Shown one piece after another: positions 11,288 to 22,042 of a DNA stretch of 64,000 nucleotides; the stretch's first letter is position 1; every line of letters starts with the position of its first letter. The DNA comes from an uncultured Gammaproteobacteria bacterium (GTDB taxonomy: Bacteria > Pseudomonadota > Gammaproteobacteria > UBA9214). The position numbers and the translations under genes are program-made. The notes beneath the pieces were generated by a model, which saw only the letters and a program-made list of their open reading frames with translations, had not been told where the DNA came from and ran no database searches. Where the stretch lies: assembly GCA_963701505.1 (NCBI GenBank), contig CAVOZZ010000004.1, positions 160,472-224,471 of the forward strand, written 5' to 3'.

Positions 11288-11892
11288 ATGCAGAAACCAA
11301 CACCCGCCGGCTGGATAAAGCTGTTGTCTCTCGCCACTGCGCCTGCTGCTGTTGAGCGGCTGTGGCATCAACAATATTCCAACCTATGATGAAGAGGTCA
11401 AGGCCGCCTGGAGCCAGGTGCTCAACCAGTACCAGCGCCGCGCGGAACTGGTGCCCAACCTGGTAGAAACCGTGAAGGGTTATGCCGCGCATGAAAAGGA
11501 AGTACTCACCGAGGTCGTCGAGGCACGCGCAAAGGTCAGCCAGATGAAGCTGCCGGATGACATCCTCTCCAACCCGGAGGCCTTTAAGCAGTTCCAGGCC
11601 AACCAGGATGCCCTGGGTTCGGCACTGTCGCGCCTGCTGGTCACGGTCGAGCGCTATCCGGATCTCAAGGCCAACCAGAATTTTCTTGCCTTGCAGTCAC
11701 AACTGGAAGGGACAGAAAACCGGATTGCGGTGGCTCGCCGTGATTACATACAGGCGGTGCAGACGCTATAACACCGAGCTGCGCACCATACCCGGCCGCT
11801 GGTGGCGGGATTTCCTCTACCCGGAGTCAGAACTGCGAGAGAACTTCAGCGTCTCTGAAGAAATGCAACAGCCACCGAAGGTTGAATTCTAG
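11288..11892 (+). pseudogene. lemA: LemA family protein, about 2 frame breaks
   Basis: The core 'SGCGINNIPTYDEEVKAAWSQVLNQYQRRAELVPNLVETVKGYAAHEKEVL...ERYPDLKANQNFLALQSQLEGTENRIAVARRDY' is LemA-like. The ATG at 11288 with its signal-like N-terminus is in a different frame (switch about 11315). The C-terminus 'YNTELRTIPGRWW...' is again in another frame (switch about 11762). Confidence 0.8.
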
Positions 11893-11916
11893 CTGCCACC
11901 TTGCGCTGCGTACGGG

Positions 11917-12775
11917 ATGATCATGTCGCGCCGTGCGTCTTACCGTGGCTGGCGGTTTCTGCTGCTATTGCTCTACATGGGGAGTGCACTGGCTGCCGTG
12001 GACTTCCCTTCCCTGACGGGACGGGTCGTCGATGCCGCCAGCCTGCTCCCGGTAGACGTGCAGCAACAGCTGCAGCAGCAACTCGAACGGCATGAGCAGG
12101 AGACCAGTAACCAGGTCGTGGTCGTGACCCTGCCCTCATTGCAGGGCTATGCCATCGATGACTACGGTTACCAGCTTGGTCGCCACTGGGGCATCGGCCA
12201 GGCTGAGCGTGACAACGGGGTATTGCTGATTGTCGCGCCCAGTGAACGCGAGGTACGCATCGAGGTCGGTTACGGACTGGAAGGCGTGCTGACCGATGCC
12301 GGCAGCCACGCCATTATCCAGGATGTCATGCTGCCGGAGTTTCGTGACAATCACTACGAGTCCGGCATCCTGCAGGGCGTGGACGCCATGCTCGGCACCC
12401 TGCAGGGCACCTATGAGCCGGTCGCCCGCAGACCGGCAGTCGACCATAATATTCTGTTTATGTTGTTTCTTTTCCTTATCAGTGTCGGCGAACGCTTCGC
12501 CTCGTTATTCGGCTCCCGCCTGATGTCCGCCGGCGATGCTGGGTGGTATCGCCGGGCTGATCGGCTGGTTGCTGCTTGGTTCGCTGGCCATCGGTCTGGC
12601 GCTGGCATTGTTTGTCGCCATCTTTCATTTGTTCACTGCCGGCGGCGGTGGTCCTGGAAGCCGCCACGGCTATGGAAATTCCCGCAGTGGCGGGTTTGGT
12701 GGCGGCGGCTTCGGTGGTGGCTTCGGGGGTGGTGGTGGCGCCTTCGGAGGCGGTGGCGCCTCGGGGAGGTGGTAG
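11917..12775 (+). pseudogene. TPM-domain protein (YgcG-like) with Gly-rich C-terminus, one frame break
   Basis: A signal peptide is followed by 'TGRVVDAASLL...NQVVVVTLPSLQGYAIDDY...DNGVLLIVAPSEREVRIEVGYGLEGVLTD'. The TM segment and tail 'GGFGGGGFGGGFGGGGGAFGGGGASGRW*' lie in the frame of ORF 12536-12775 (switch about 12530). Confidence 0.8.
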
Positions 12776-12778
12776 CCG

Positions 12779-13397
12779 ATGGCCTTTATGAATAACAGCG
12801 ACAAACAACGCATCAGCGCTGCCATCGAAGCAATCGAGCGCCAGACATCCGGTGAACTGGTCACGGTAATTACCCGCTGCAGCGATGACTACCGCTACAT
12901 CCCCTACCTGTGGGCAGCACTGCTGGCATTGCTGGTGCCCGGCTATCCTGTCACTGGATACTGCCCTGATACCAGGCAATCTGCACTATTTATTACAGAT
13001 CTGCATCTTTCTTGGCGCCGCGTTGTTGTTTAAATGGTCACCCCTGAAGGTCCGCCTGATCCCGCCCGGCGTAAAGAAACTGCGTGCACGCCGTCTTGCC
13101 CGGGAACAGTTTTTTCTGCAAAACCTGCATGGCACACCGGGACGAACCGGTATCTTGCTGTTTGTCTCGGTGGCCGAGCATTACGTGGAGATCATCGCCG
13201 ACAAGGGCATCAATGACGTGGTCAGCGACAATGCCTGGGAGATCATTGTCGAACAATTCGTAGCCGATGTGAAAAACAACCGGGTTGTCGATGGTTTTCT
13301 CACCGCAATTTCCGCTTGTGGTACATTGCTGGCAGCACATTTCCCGGCGACGGCTGAAGACACCAATGCACTCCCGAATCACCTGATCGAACTGTAA
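12779..13397 (+). pseudogene. TPM-domain membrane protein (second TPM gene of the LemA operon), one frame break
   Basis: The N-terminus 'SDKQRISAAIEAIERQTSGELVTVI' (ORF 12779-13033) joins 'GILLFVSVAEHYVEIIADKGINDVV...' (ORF 12885-13397). The switch is at about 12945. Confidence 0.75.
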
Positions 13398-13428
13398 CCA
13401 TGCCATTGATCATGTCACGCACCAGCGC

Positions 13429-14698
13429 ATGGACACGCATGCAGCCATGAGCCTGTTTCATATCCTTGCCATCCTGCTGACGGCATCTGCCATATTCAGC
13501 TACATCAATTACCGCTTTCTGAAGCTGCCAACCACGATCGGGATCATGCTGGCAGCGCTGTGCTTCTCACTGCTGTTAAACCTGCTGGAGCCTGTCGGCA
13601 TTGGTATCGAGCATGAAGTGCAGGTCATGCTGAAGAGCATCGACTTCGATGCAACCCTGCTGCATGGCATGCTGAGTTTTCTGCTGTTTGCCGGTGCCCT
13701 GCATGTTGATCTGAGCGAACCTGGCCAGGCAGCGTGGTGTCATCATCGTCCTTGCCACCGTCGGGGTCGTTGCCACTACGTTTATCATCGGTGGCTTGTC
13801 GTTTTACGCCTTTGAACTGGTTGGTCTGGGCATCCCCTTTGTGTATTGCCTGCTGTTTGGCGCCCTGATTTCACCGACCGACCCGATTGCCGTGCTCGGC
13901 ATCCTCAAGCAAGCGCAGGCGCCGAAAAGCCTGGAAGCCAAGATTGCCGGTGAATCCCTGTTTAACGACGGCATGGCCGTGGTTGTCTTCCTGGTGCTGA
14001 TACGACTCGCATCCGGCGAAACCGGTCTGTCAGCAACTGACGTGATACTGCTGTTTTCGCAGGAGGCGATCGGTGGTGTACTGTTCGGCCTGGGTGCCGG
14101 CGCCGTCACCTACTGGATGCTAAAGAGCGTCGATAACTACCAGGTTGAGGTACTGCTGACGCTGGCACTGGTAACCGGTGGTTATGCCCTCGCAGAGGTA
14201 TTACATCTCTCTGCACCCGTTGCCATCGTCTGCGCGGGACTGTTGATCGGCAATCATGGACGAACACTGGCCGTGTCGGAAAAGACCCGCGGACACCTCG
14301 ACACCTTCTGGGAGCTGGTCGACGAGATACTCAATGCGGTGTTATTCGTACTCATCGGACTCGAGGTGCTGGCACTGGATTTTTTACAGGAATACCTGCT
14401 GGCCGGGTTGCTGGCGATACCGATAGTCTTGCTGGCGCGTTTTGTCAGTGTCGGCATTCCCGTCACTGTCATGCGCCGCTTCCGCAGCTTTAGTCCACGG
14501 GTAATACAAATACTGACCTGGGGCGGACTGCGTGGGGGTATCTCGGTGGCGCTGGCCCTGTCGCTGCCATCCAGCGGGATTCGCGATGCACTGGTGGCGA
14601 TCACCTACATAGTGGTGATCTTCTCGATCCTGGTACAGGGGCTTACCATCGGCCCGCTCATTCGGGCATCAAACAGGGAGCACGCAAACAGGTCCTAG
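13429..14698 (+). pseudogene. Na+/H+ antiporter, CPA1 (NhaP-type), one frame break
   Basis: Polytopic protein. 'LLFGALISPTDPIAVLGILK' and 'ESLFNDGMAVVVF' are typical CPA1 motifs. ORF 13429-13815 and ORF 13796-14698 join at about 13720 ('...HVDLSE / LARQRGVIIVLATVG...'). Confidence 0.8.
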
Positions 14699-14768
14699 AA
14701 TTCTTGCCATCTGAAAACAACAGATGCCAAGGATATTCAGCTGGCAGACTAATTTTTCTATTTAATCG

Positions 14769-14823
14769 CCACGGAAGAAAATACCTTGCTGGAATTTTTC
14801 CGTGTCCTTCCGTGGATTCCGTG
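14769..14823. repeat. Heptamer TTCCGTG x3 plus one inverted copy; alternative hairpins in a convergent intergenic region
   Basis: CACGGAA lies at 14770-14776. TTCCGTG lies at 14798-14804, 14808-14814 and 14817-14823. CCACGGAAG (14769-14777) pairs perfectly with CTTCCGTGG (14807-14815). The element sits between the nhaP stop (14698) and the sdaA stop (14859). Confidence 0.6.
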
Positions 14824-14858
14824 ACCATGAAGTTTTTCTTGACCGGGCATAACCGGCA

Positions 14859-16237
14859 CTAGCATTCAATCACATTGACTGCGAGTCCCCCGCGGGCGGT
14901 CTCCTTGTACTTGGTTTGCATATCGGCACCGGTTTCGCGCATGGTCTTGATGACCTTGTCGAGTGACACGAAGTGGGTACCATCACCCCGCAGTGCCATG
15001 CGCGCAGCATTGATGGCCTTCACTGCACCCATGGCATTGCGTTCGATACAAGGCACCTGTACCAGACCGCCAACGGGATCACAGGTGAGTCCGAGGTTGT
15101 GTTCCATGGCGATCTCTGCGGCATTTTCTACCTGTTCAGGTGTGCCTCCGCTGACCTCGGTCAGCGCAGCGGCGGCCATCGAACAGGCCGAGCCGACCTC
15201 GCCCTGGCAACCGACTTCAGCGCCCGAGATGGAGGCATTCTCCTTATACAGGATGCCGATGGCAGCGGCGGTCAGCAGAAAACGCACCACGCCATCATCA
15301 CAGTGCCCGGGGCAGAAATTCCAGTAGTAGTGCAGCACCGCCGGGATGATACCGGCAGCGCCATTGGTGGGAGCCGTCACCACCCTGCCCCCGGCGGCAT
15401 TTTCTTCGTTGACCGCCAGCGCATACAGGTTGACCCAGTCCATGGTACCGAGCGGTACCCGGTAGAGTTCCTGTTCACTGGACAACTGGCGATGCAGCCT
15501 TGCCGCCCGGCGCTTGACCTTGAGGCCACCCGGCAGCACACCCTCGGTGCGACAGCCACGCCTGACACATTCCTGCATAACCTCCCAGATATGCAGCAGG
15601 CCGGTCCTGATATCTTCCTCCGTGCGCCACACCCGTTCGTTCTGCAACATGATCTGGCTGACGGACAAGCCATGCTCGGCACACTGTGCCAGTAATGCCG
15701 CCCCGGTCGTGAACGGCAACGGCAGCGGCGTCTGGTCCTCAACAATACGGTCTGCCCCGGCCGCTTCTTCGTTGACCACGAAACCGCCACCCACTGAATA
15801 ATAGGTGCGTTGTCTGCAGCAGCTGGTCGTTGGTGTCGAAGGCATGAAAGGTCATGCCATTCGGGTGATAGGGCAATTCCTGCTGGCGGTGAAATACCAG
15901 GTCCTGCTGAATATCGAAGTGCAGTACGCGTGTCACCCGGTAATAACAGGCGGCCAGTGCTCCTGACCTGCTCGATGCGGGCAGGAATGCTGTCGGTATC
16001 CACCTGCTCCGGGAGTTCGCCCTGCAGCCCCAGCAGCAAGGCCTTGTCGGTGCCATGCCCTATGCCGGTGGCACCCAGCGAGCCGAACAGTTCGACCTGC
16101 AGGCGTGACACCTTGCCAAGCTGTCCTGTGTCCGCCAGACCCTGCACAAACATGCCGGCAGCCCTCATCGGGCCGACCGTGTGTGAACTCGAGGGCCCGA
16201 TGCCTATCTTGAAAAGATCAAAGACGCTGATTGCCAA
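14859..16237 (-). pseudogene. sdaA: L-serine ammonia-lyase (L-serine dehydratase, single-chain iron-sulfur type), 2 frame breaks
   Basis: The N-terminus '[27 protein letters not shown]' is in ORF 15377-16237. The middle '[31 protein letters not shown]' is in ORF 15739-16056. The C-terminal part '[11 protein letters not shown]...[19 protein letters not shown]...' is in ORF 14859-15845. The switches are at about 15928 and about 15810. Confidence 0.85.
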
Positions 16238-16430
16238 GGTATACCCGCCTGATAAGAAATGCCTTCGCTATAGTATGCTGTTTGAAGTGCCTGTGCACGA
16301 CTCACCCTGACAAATCCAGTGGATTATCCAGGCCCGCCAGACAAGTGGCAGGACAGGGAAGTCAAGACTGTTCTACAATGCAGCGGTCCTCGGCTTTCAT
16401 CAAATTTCTGTTTGGTCTAAGGAGAAGCAC

Positions 16431-17357
16431 ATGGGTGGTTTTTCGACATTTGCACTGGTCATTCTTGCACTCGCGGTTGTCACGGTTATCGCGGGTGTCA
16501 AGGTCGTGCCACAGGGTTACGAGTGGACAGTAGAGCGCTTCGGCCGTTACCGCGCGACCTTGCGCCCCGGCCTGAATCTGATTGTTCCCTATGTTGACCG
16601 CATTGGACGCAAGCTCAACATGATGGAAACCGTGTTTGATATCGAGAGCCAGGAAGTCATCACGCGCGATAATGCCATGGTACGCGCCGACGGTGTCGTC
16701 TTCTACCAGATACTCGATGCCGCCAAGGCGGCCTATGAGGTCAATGACCTGGACCGTTCGATTAACAATCTCACCATGACCAATATCCGCACGGTGATGG
16801 GCAGCATGGACCTGGACGAACTGTTATCGCAGCGCGACAAGATCAATGCCCAGCTATTGATTGTCGTTGACGCCGCCACTACACCGTGGGGTGTCAAGGT
16901 CACGCGTATAGAAATCAAGGATATCCAGCCGCCCCAGGACCTGATTGATTCCATGGCACGGCAGATGAAGGCTGAACGCGAGAAGCGTGCCGTCATCCTC
17001 GATGCCGAAGGCTTGCGTCAATCAGCCATCCTGCGTGCAGAAGGTGAGAAACAGGCCGTCATGCTGGATGCCGAAGGCCGCAAGGAAGCCGCGTTCCGGG
17101 ATGCCGAGGCACGCGAGCGCGCCGCACAGGCTGAAGCGAAGGCGACGACCATGGTTTCTGAAGCCATTGCCAGTGGTAACGTCAACGCCATCAATTATTT
17201 CGTGGCACAGAAATACGTGGACGCCCTGAAGCAGATAGGCACGGCGCCCAACCAGAAACTGGTCTTGATGCCACTGGAGGCCTCGGGCGTCATCGGCTCG
17301 ATCGCCGGCATTGCCGAACTTGCCAGGGAGGCACTGGGCAACAAGGAATCGACCTGA
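16431..17357 (+). CDS. SPFH/band-7 (stomatin/QmcA-like) membrane protein
   Basis: An N-terminal TM segment is followed by '[33 protein letters not shown]...[17 protein letters not shown]' and a C-terminal Ala/Glu-rich coiled region. The stop overlaps the start of the NfeD gene. Confidence 0.9.
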   Translation: MGGFSTFALVILALAVVTVIAGVKVVPQGYEWTVERFGRYRATLRPGLNLIVPYVDRIGRKLNMMETVFDIESQEVITRDNAMVRADGVVFYQILDAAKAAYEVNDLDRSINNLTMTNIRTVMGSMDLDELLSQRDKINAQLLIVVDAATTPWGVKVTRIEIKDIQPPQDLIDSMARQMKAEREKRAVILDAEGLRQSAILRAEGEKQAVMLDAEGRKEAAFRDAEARERAAQAEAKATTMVSEAIASGNVNAINYFVAQKYVDALKQIGTAPNQKLVLMPLEASGVIGSIAGIAELAREALGNKEST

Positions 17358-17811
17358 TGGATATGTTGCTTTCCGCTATTGACTACTGGCACTGGTGGAT
17401 AGTCGCCGGCATTCTGCTAATTTTTGAAATCAGTGCACCCAGTTTTTTCTTCCTCTGGCTGGCAATCGCCGCCGCCGTCACCGGACTTGTGTTGCTGGCA
17501 ATGCCCGATCTTGGCTGGCAGTACCAGTTTCTGACATTCTCGGGCCTTGCAATTATCAGTATCGCCGCTTTCCGTCGTTACCAGCGGTCCAGACCGACAG
17601 TCTACCGATCAACCCACCCTGAGCCGGCGTGGCGAACAATACGTCGGGACGTACCTTTACCCTCACTGAACCGATCATCAACAATAACGGAGTTATCCGC
17701 GTTGATGATTCCACCTGGCGCATCAATGGCGACGATCTGCCGGCGGGTTCGACCATCAGGGTTGTGGGGGTGAAGGGTGTCATACTGCAGGTTGAAGCGC
17801 TCAAGAAGTAG
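17357..17811 (+). pseudogene. NfeD-family protein, about 2 frame breaks
   Basis: TM-rich N-terminus (ORF 17357-...). The linker 'LSRRGEQYVG' is readable only in a third frame. The OB-fold C-terminus 'RTFTLTEPIINNNGVIRVDDSTWRINGDDLPAGSTIRVVGVKGVILQV' is in ORF 17629-17811. The switches are at about 17590 and about 17645. Confidence 0.75.
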
Positions 17812-18040
17812 AGCCGCCGCCAGCAGGGTATTGGACTGACCAGGCTCCCCGTGCATAGCGGCTGCCGCCTGCGTCAACGATAAGCAGCCTAGTTCAAATA
17901 TCTGTTATAATCAAGCGGTGAAAATCACCGGCTGTAATCACACGCAATGCCGCAGTCTATCGGGCAGTTTCACGACCCGTCCAGCCTGTATATCCAGTCG
18001 GTAGTGCCGATACCTCCAGTAGACCTGGCAGGATGACACC

Positions 18041-19294
18041 ATGAGCAACCCTGCACCAAAAAAGAAATTCTCGGGCACTGAAATTCTGCGTGACCTGATC
18101 CCGCTGAATGCCCTTAGCAATGACCGCTTCAAGGAGGTCACAGGCAACCTGCGCATCGAGGACATCAGCGCCGGCAGTTACCTGTTTGGCGAGGGCGACC
18201 GGGATAACCGCTCCATCTATCTGCTGGACGGTGTCATCAACTTCATTGACGCCAATGGCCGGGTAACGGGCGTCGTGTCCGCCGGAACTGATCCAGCACG
18301 TTACCCGATTGCCAATCAGCAACCACGCATTATCACGGCACGCGTCGCCACCAAGGCAGTGATCGCCACGATTGATTCCACACTGCTGGATGTCATGCTG
18401 ACCCTGGACCAGTCCAGAGTAACCGGCGCAACAGGTGTCTGCACTGAAACAGGTGAAGACTGGATGACGCGTGTTTTACAGTCCGATGCCTTCATTAAAT
18501 TACCCCCTGCAGATATCCAGCGCCTGCTGCGAACACTGCAACCGGTACTGGTCAGGGCGGGTGACGTGATTATTCGTCAGGGTTATGAAGGTGATTATTT
18601 CTATATTATCAAGGAAGGCAGCTGTTCGGTCACACGCCTGGCATCGGGTGAGGGCTGGGACGTCCCGCTCGCTGAACTGGGCAAGGGCGACTGCTTTGGT
18701 GAGGAGGCCCTGGTCTCGGATGCGACGCGAAATGCCACCGTCACCATGTTGACCGATGGCACCCTGATGCGCCTGTCGAAGAAAGACTTTGTGGAATTAC
18801 TGAAGAAACCCCTCGTTCACCATATAGACTACCCACTGGCCTCTGCCATCGTGGAAGACGGCGGCATCTGGCTGGACGTGCGACTTCCGGACGAGCATTC
18901 CAACCATGCCTTTGAAAACAGTACCAATATTCCACTGGCCAGAATTCGTGACAAGGCACCGACACTCTCCGCGGACAGGAAATACGTGATTGTTTGTGAC
19001 ACCGGACGCCGCAGTGCGGCCGCCGCCTTCCTCTTGAGTCAACGTGGTCTGGATGTCAGCGTACTCGACGGTGGACTGAATAACGGTGTACCCGTCGGCC
19101 TGTTTGGCCTGGTTCCGGATGCATTCGGGGACGTCAGTGTCCAGGATAAAGCGGGCAACGCAGAGGCACATACAGCTGCAGCATCGTCACTCACCGAACC
19201 GCGTGAAACTGAACTCGACGACAGGGTATCCCTGCCTGGACAGCCTGCCAGCGAGGATCAGGTCGCTGCGTGCAGGCCGCCTTGTCGACGCTAA
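18041..19294 (+). CDS. Cyclic-nucleotide-binding domain(s) + rhodanese domain protein
   Basis: cNMP domain: 'GDYFYIIKEGSCSV...GKGDCFGEEALVSDATRNATVTML'. An upstream degenerate copy is present. Rhodanese domain: 'IWLDVRLPDEHSNHAFENSTNIPL...YVIVCDTGRRSAAAAFLLSQRG'. The C-terminal tail may continue in other frames to about 19433 (coiled-coil-like 'EFSVYDEIVKRMQAICAEERQAR', 'LAGNLDQLMSLLGAAVNRK*'); this is speculative. Confidence 0.75.
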   Translation: MSNPAPKKKFSGTEILRDLIPLNALSNDRFKEVTGNLRIEDISAGSYLFGEGDRDNRSIYLLDGVINFIDANGRVTGVVSAGTDPARYPIANQQPRIITARVATKAVIATIDSTLLDVMLTLDQSRVTGATGVCTETGEDWMTRVLQSDAFIKLPPADIQRLLRTLQPVLVRAGDVIIRQGYEGDYFYIIKEGSCSVTRLASGEGWDVPLAELGKGDCFGEEALVSDATRNATVTMLTDGTLMRLSKKDFVELLKKPLVHHIDYPLASAIVEDGGIWLDVRLPDEHSNHAFENSTNIPLARIRDKAPTLSADRKYVIVCDTGRRSAAAAFLLSQRGLDVSVLDGGLNNGVPVGLFGLVPDAFGDVSVQDKAGNAEAHTAAASSLTEPRETELDDRVSLPGQPASEDQVAACRPPCRR

Positions 19295-19591
19295 AAACAG
19301 AATTCTCGGTCTATGACGAGATTGTAAAGCGGATGCAGGCCATCTGTGCAGAGGAACGCCAGGCACGCAGACACTCGCCGGCAACCTCGACCAGTTGATG
19401 TCACTGCTGGGCGCTGCCGTCAACAGGAAATAGCGCCCGATTGCTGGGTTTGCTGGTAAACCTGGCAGTTGCTGATCGACTGACATGCCCGCAACCAGCC
19501 ATCATTTCCCGGGGATAAAAATAAATTTAACGACCATGCTCGGGTATAATGGCAGGCATTATCGCCAGCCATTACTTACCCGGGCCACTTG

Positions 19592-19993
19592 ATGCGCGTA
19601 TTCACTCTATTTCTGCTATCCAGCCTGCTACTGTCGTCCTGTGCGGCGGTAGACGACAGCAAGAAATCCATCACCCTCGACAAGGCGCTATGGCAATATG
19701 AAACAGCCATACGCTGGGTGGATTTCAGTTCCGCCAACAGCCTGCGGCGCCCTGAAGGAGATGCAGGCCTTTCGCCAGACCCGGCATTACTGAAGCATAT
19801 CAAGGTAACCTCGTACACGTTCTCAACAGCACCAACTCGGAAGACCAGTGCAGAAGTTAACATCACGGTCGAGATCGTCTACTACAATGATGAACGCATG
19901 ACGCTGTCGACGCTGACCGACAATCAGATATGGAAATATGATCCTGAAATCAAGGCCTGGTATATAACCACGCCACTGCCCGCCTTCAGATAA
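19592..19993 (+). CDS. Lipoprotein, function unknown
   Basis: 'MRVFTLFLLSSLLLSSCAAVDD' is a signal peptide with a lipobox (LSSC). No family recognised. Confidence 0.6.
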   Translation: MRVFTLFLLSSLLLSSCAAVDDSKKSITLDKALWQYETAIRWVDFSSANSLRRPEGDAGLSPDPALLKHIKVTSYTFSTAPTRKTSAEVNITVEIVYYNDERMTLSTLTDNQIWKYDPEIKAWYITTPLPAFR

Positions 19994-20081
19994 AGATGAT
20001 GTCTACACGGCTATTCAGTCGCACCGGACAGCTTCCGTCTACTCCGTGACAAGCCGTTCCACGGCACGGGATATTTTACTG

Positions 20082-20861
20082 ATGTCCTGGTGGGGAACAC
20101 TGCTCGGCGGCACACTGGGGTTCATGTTTGGTGGTCCACTCGGGGCACTGCTGGGTGCCGCACTGGGACGTAATTTCGACCGCGGCATAAAAATCACGGA
20201 CGAGCACGGGGCATTCGGCGCAGGCCAGCAAGAGCGTGTACAGGCCGCATTCTTCACAACAACCTTCTCCGTGATGGGCCATATTGCAAAGGCAGATGGC
20301 AAGGTCACGGCGGATGAGATCACCGCGGCCGAAGCCATCATGAGTCGCATGCAACTCGATGCACGGCAACGCACGGCAGCAATCAAGTTGTTTAATGAAG
20401 GCAAGAAAGACGGTTTTCCATTGCATGACGTTATCATGCAATTCCGCCATGAATGCATGCGCCGACGCAATCTCGCCCAGATGTTTATCGAGATACAGAT
20501 TGCCACGGCCATGGCTGATGGCCATCTGCATGCCAGCGAAAAGAGAATCCTGTTCACCATTGGCGAACAACTGGGTTTCAACCGCGCCGATATTGAACAC
20601 CTGTTCAGCATGTCCGGTAGCGGCCCTGCGCCCGGGAGACACAGGCAACCGATCTCGAAAGCCTATGAAATCCTTGGGGTTGGCAAGTCAGCCAGCGATG
20701 CCGAAGTAAAAAAGGCCTATCGGCGCTTGATGAGTCAGCACCACCCTGACAAACTTATTGCCAAGGGACTGCCGGAAGAGATGATAAAGTTTGCGACTGA
20801 AAAGACACAGGAAATCAAGGCTGCCTACGAACAAATCAGGGAGAGTCGACATTCAGCATAA
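20082..20861 (+). CDS. djlA: Co-chaperone DjlA (TerB-like domain + C-terminal J domain)
   Basis: Gly-rich TM N-terminus 'MSWWGTLLGGTLGFMFGGPLGALLGAALG'. The C-terminal J domain is 'AYEILGVGKSASDAEVKKAYRRLMSQHHPDKLIAKGLPEEM'. The ORF is open from a GTG at 20046. Confidence 0.8.
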   Translation: MSWWGTLLGGTLGFMFGGPLGALLGAALGRNFDRGIKITDEHGAFGAGQQERVQAAFFTTTFSVMGHIAKADGKVTADEITAAEAIMSRMQLDARQRTAAIKLFNEGKKDGFPLHDVIMQFRHECMRRRNLAQMFIEIQIATAMADGHLHASEKRILFTIGEQLGFNRADIEHLFSMSGSGPAPGRHRQPISKAYEILGVGKSASDAEVKKAYRRLMSQHHPDKLIAKGLPEEMIKFATEKTQEIKAAYEQIRESRHSA

Positions 20862-20908
20862 CAACCGCTGCATGGCCCATAGACTATTATCTACAGGTAT
20901 ACCAGACC

Positions 20909-21870
20909 ATGAATAACAGAATGTTTTCGATCTTCCTGATGGTATTTTTTTCAGGCATTGGCCAGTCCCTGTCGGCAGCGAGCTGGCGCACCGCTCAAGG
21001 ATTATCCGTTCGAGCAGGTGGCAGAAAACACCTGGGTCATTCACGGTCCGCTGGAAATGCCCAACGCCAGCAACCAGGGATTCATGAACAACCCGGGGAT
21101 CGTAGTTAACCGATGCCGGTGTCGTGTCGTTGACCCGGGCTCCAGTGTACAGTCAGGTGAAATGGTATTGAGGATGCTTAGGAAGGTGTCTGATCAACCG
21201 GTGATCGCCGTTTTCAACACGCACATACACGGTGATCACTGGCTGGGAAACCAGGCGATCCGTGCCGCCTACCCGGAGGCACCGATATACGGACACACAG
21301 AAATGCTGGCCATGGTGGATGCTGGCAGCGGTGATACCTGGGTTGAGTTAATGGACACACTGACGGAGGGTGCCACAAAAGGTACGCGTGTCGTTGGACC
21401 CACTCATGCGGTCAAACACGGCGATAGCCATCAAGGCAGGCAACAAGACATTTCGTATCCACCACTACGGGCAGGCACATACCCGTACCGATATCATGAT
21501 AGAGGTCGAGGAAGACGGCGTGGTTTTCCTGGGCGACAATGTAACCGCCAAGCGCATCCCGAGATTGTCGGATGGCAACTTCCAGGGAAATATCAGCGCG
21601 GTGGACAAGATACTCGAAGTTGATGCAAAGACCTGGGTACCGGGACATGGCCCGACCGGTGATGCGGCAATGGTAAAGACCTACCGCGGCTATCTGCAGG
21701 CGGTCTATTCCTCGGCAGAAAAGGCGTTCGATGAGGGTCTGGACAGCAGCGATGTCAAGGCGATCTCACTGCAGGCTACTACACAGTACAAGGACTGGTC
21801 CGGCTATGACGATGAACTGGGCCCGCAGGGTGCACAGGCCTATATGGAAGTTGAGGCTGCCGAGTTCTGA
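20909..21870 (+). pseudogene. Secreted metallo-beta-lactamase-fold hydrolase, at least 2 frame breaks
   Basis: Signal peptide 'MNNRMFSIFLMVFFSGIGQSLSAA' (ORF 20909-). The MBL core has 'FNTHIHGDHWLGN' (ORF 20958-). The C-terminal half 'IHHYGQAHTRTDIMIEV...VFLGDNV...WVPGHGP' is in ORF 21370-21870. The switches are at about 20980 and about 21400-21430. Confidence 0.75.
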
Positions 21871-22042
21871 CTATTGTATGATTAGTAGCTGATCGGACCG
21901 CTCACCTTGCCGGTAATCAGCAGCAAGTCAGCGACGGTATCCCCATCATCCAGTCCTGGGTCGTGGACCTGCCCCGGCAGGCGGTGCTATATACAAATGC
22001 ACGCTAACATTGCCAGAATATCTCCTGATCGAGTCTCCTGAC

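Noticed and set aside
12650-12775. G-rich low-complexity repeat (ggtggcggc/ttcggtggt units)
   Set aside because: It encodes the Gly/Phe-rich C-terminal tail typical of YgcG-like TPM proteins. It is not a non-coding repeat or a CRISPR-like array.
11288-17811. LemA-TPM-TPM and SPFH-NfeD as candidate novel membrane systems
   Set aside because: From memory, both are widespread, already described conserved gene pairs or triads. Nothing unusual was seen apart from the indels.
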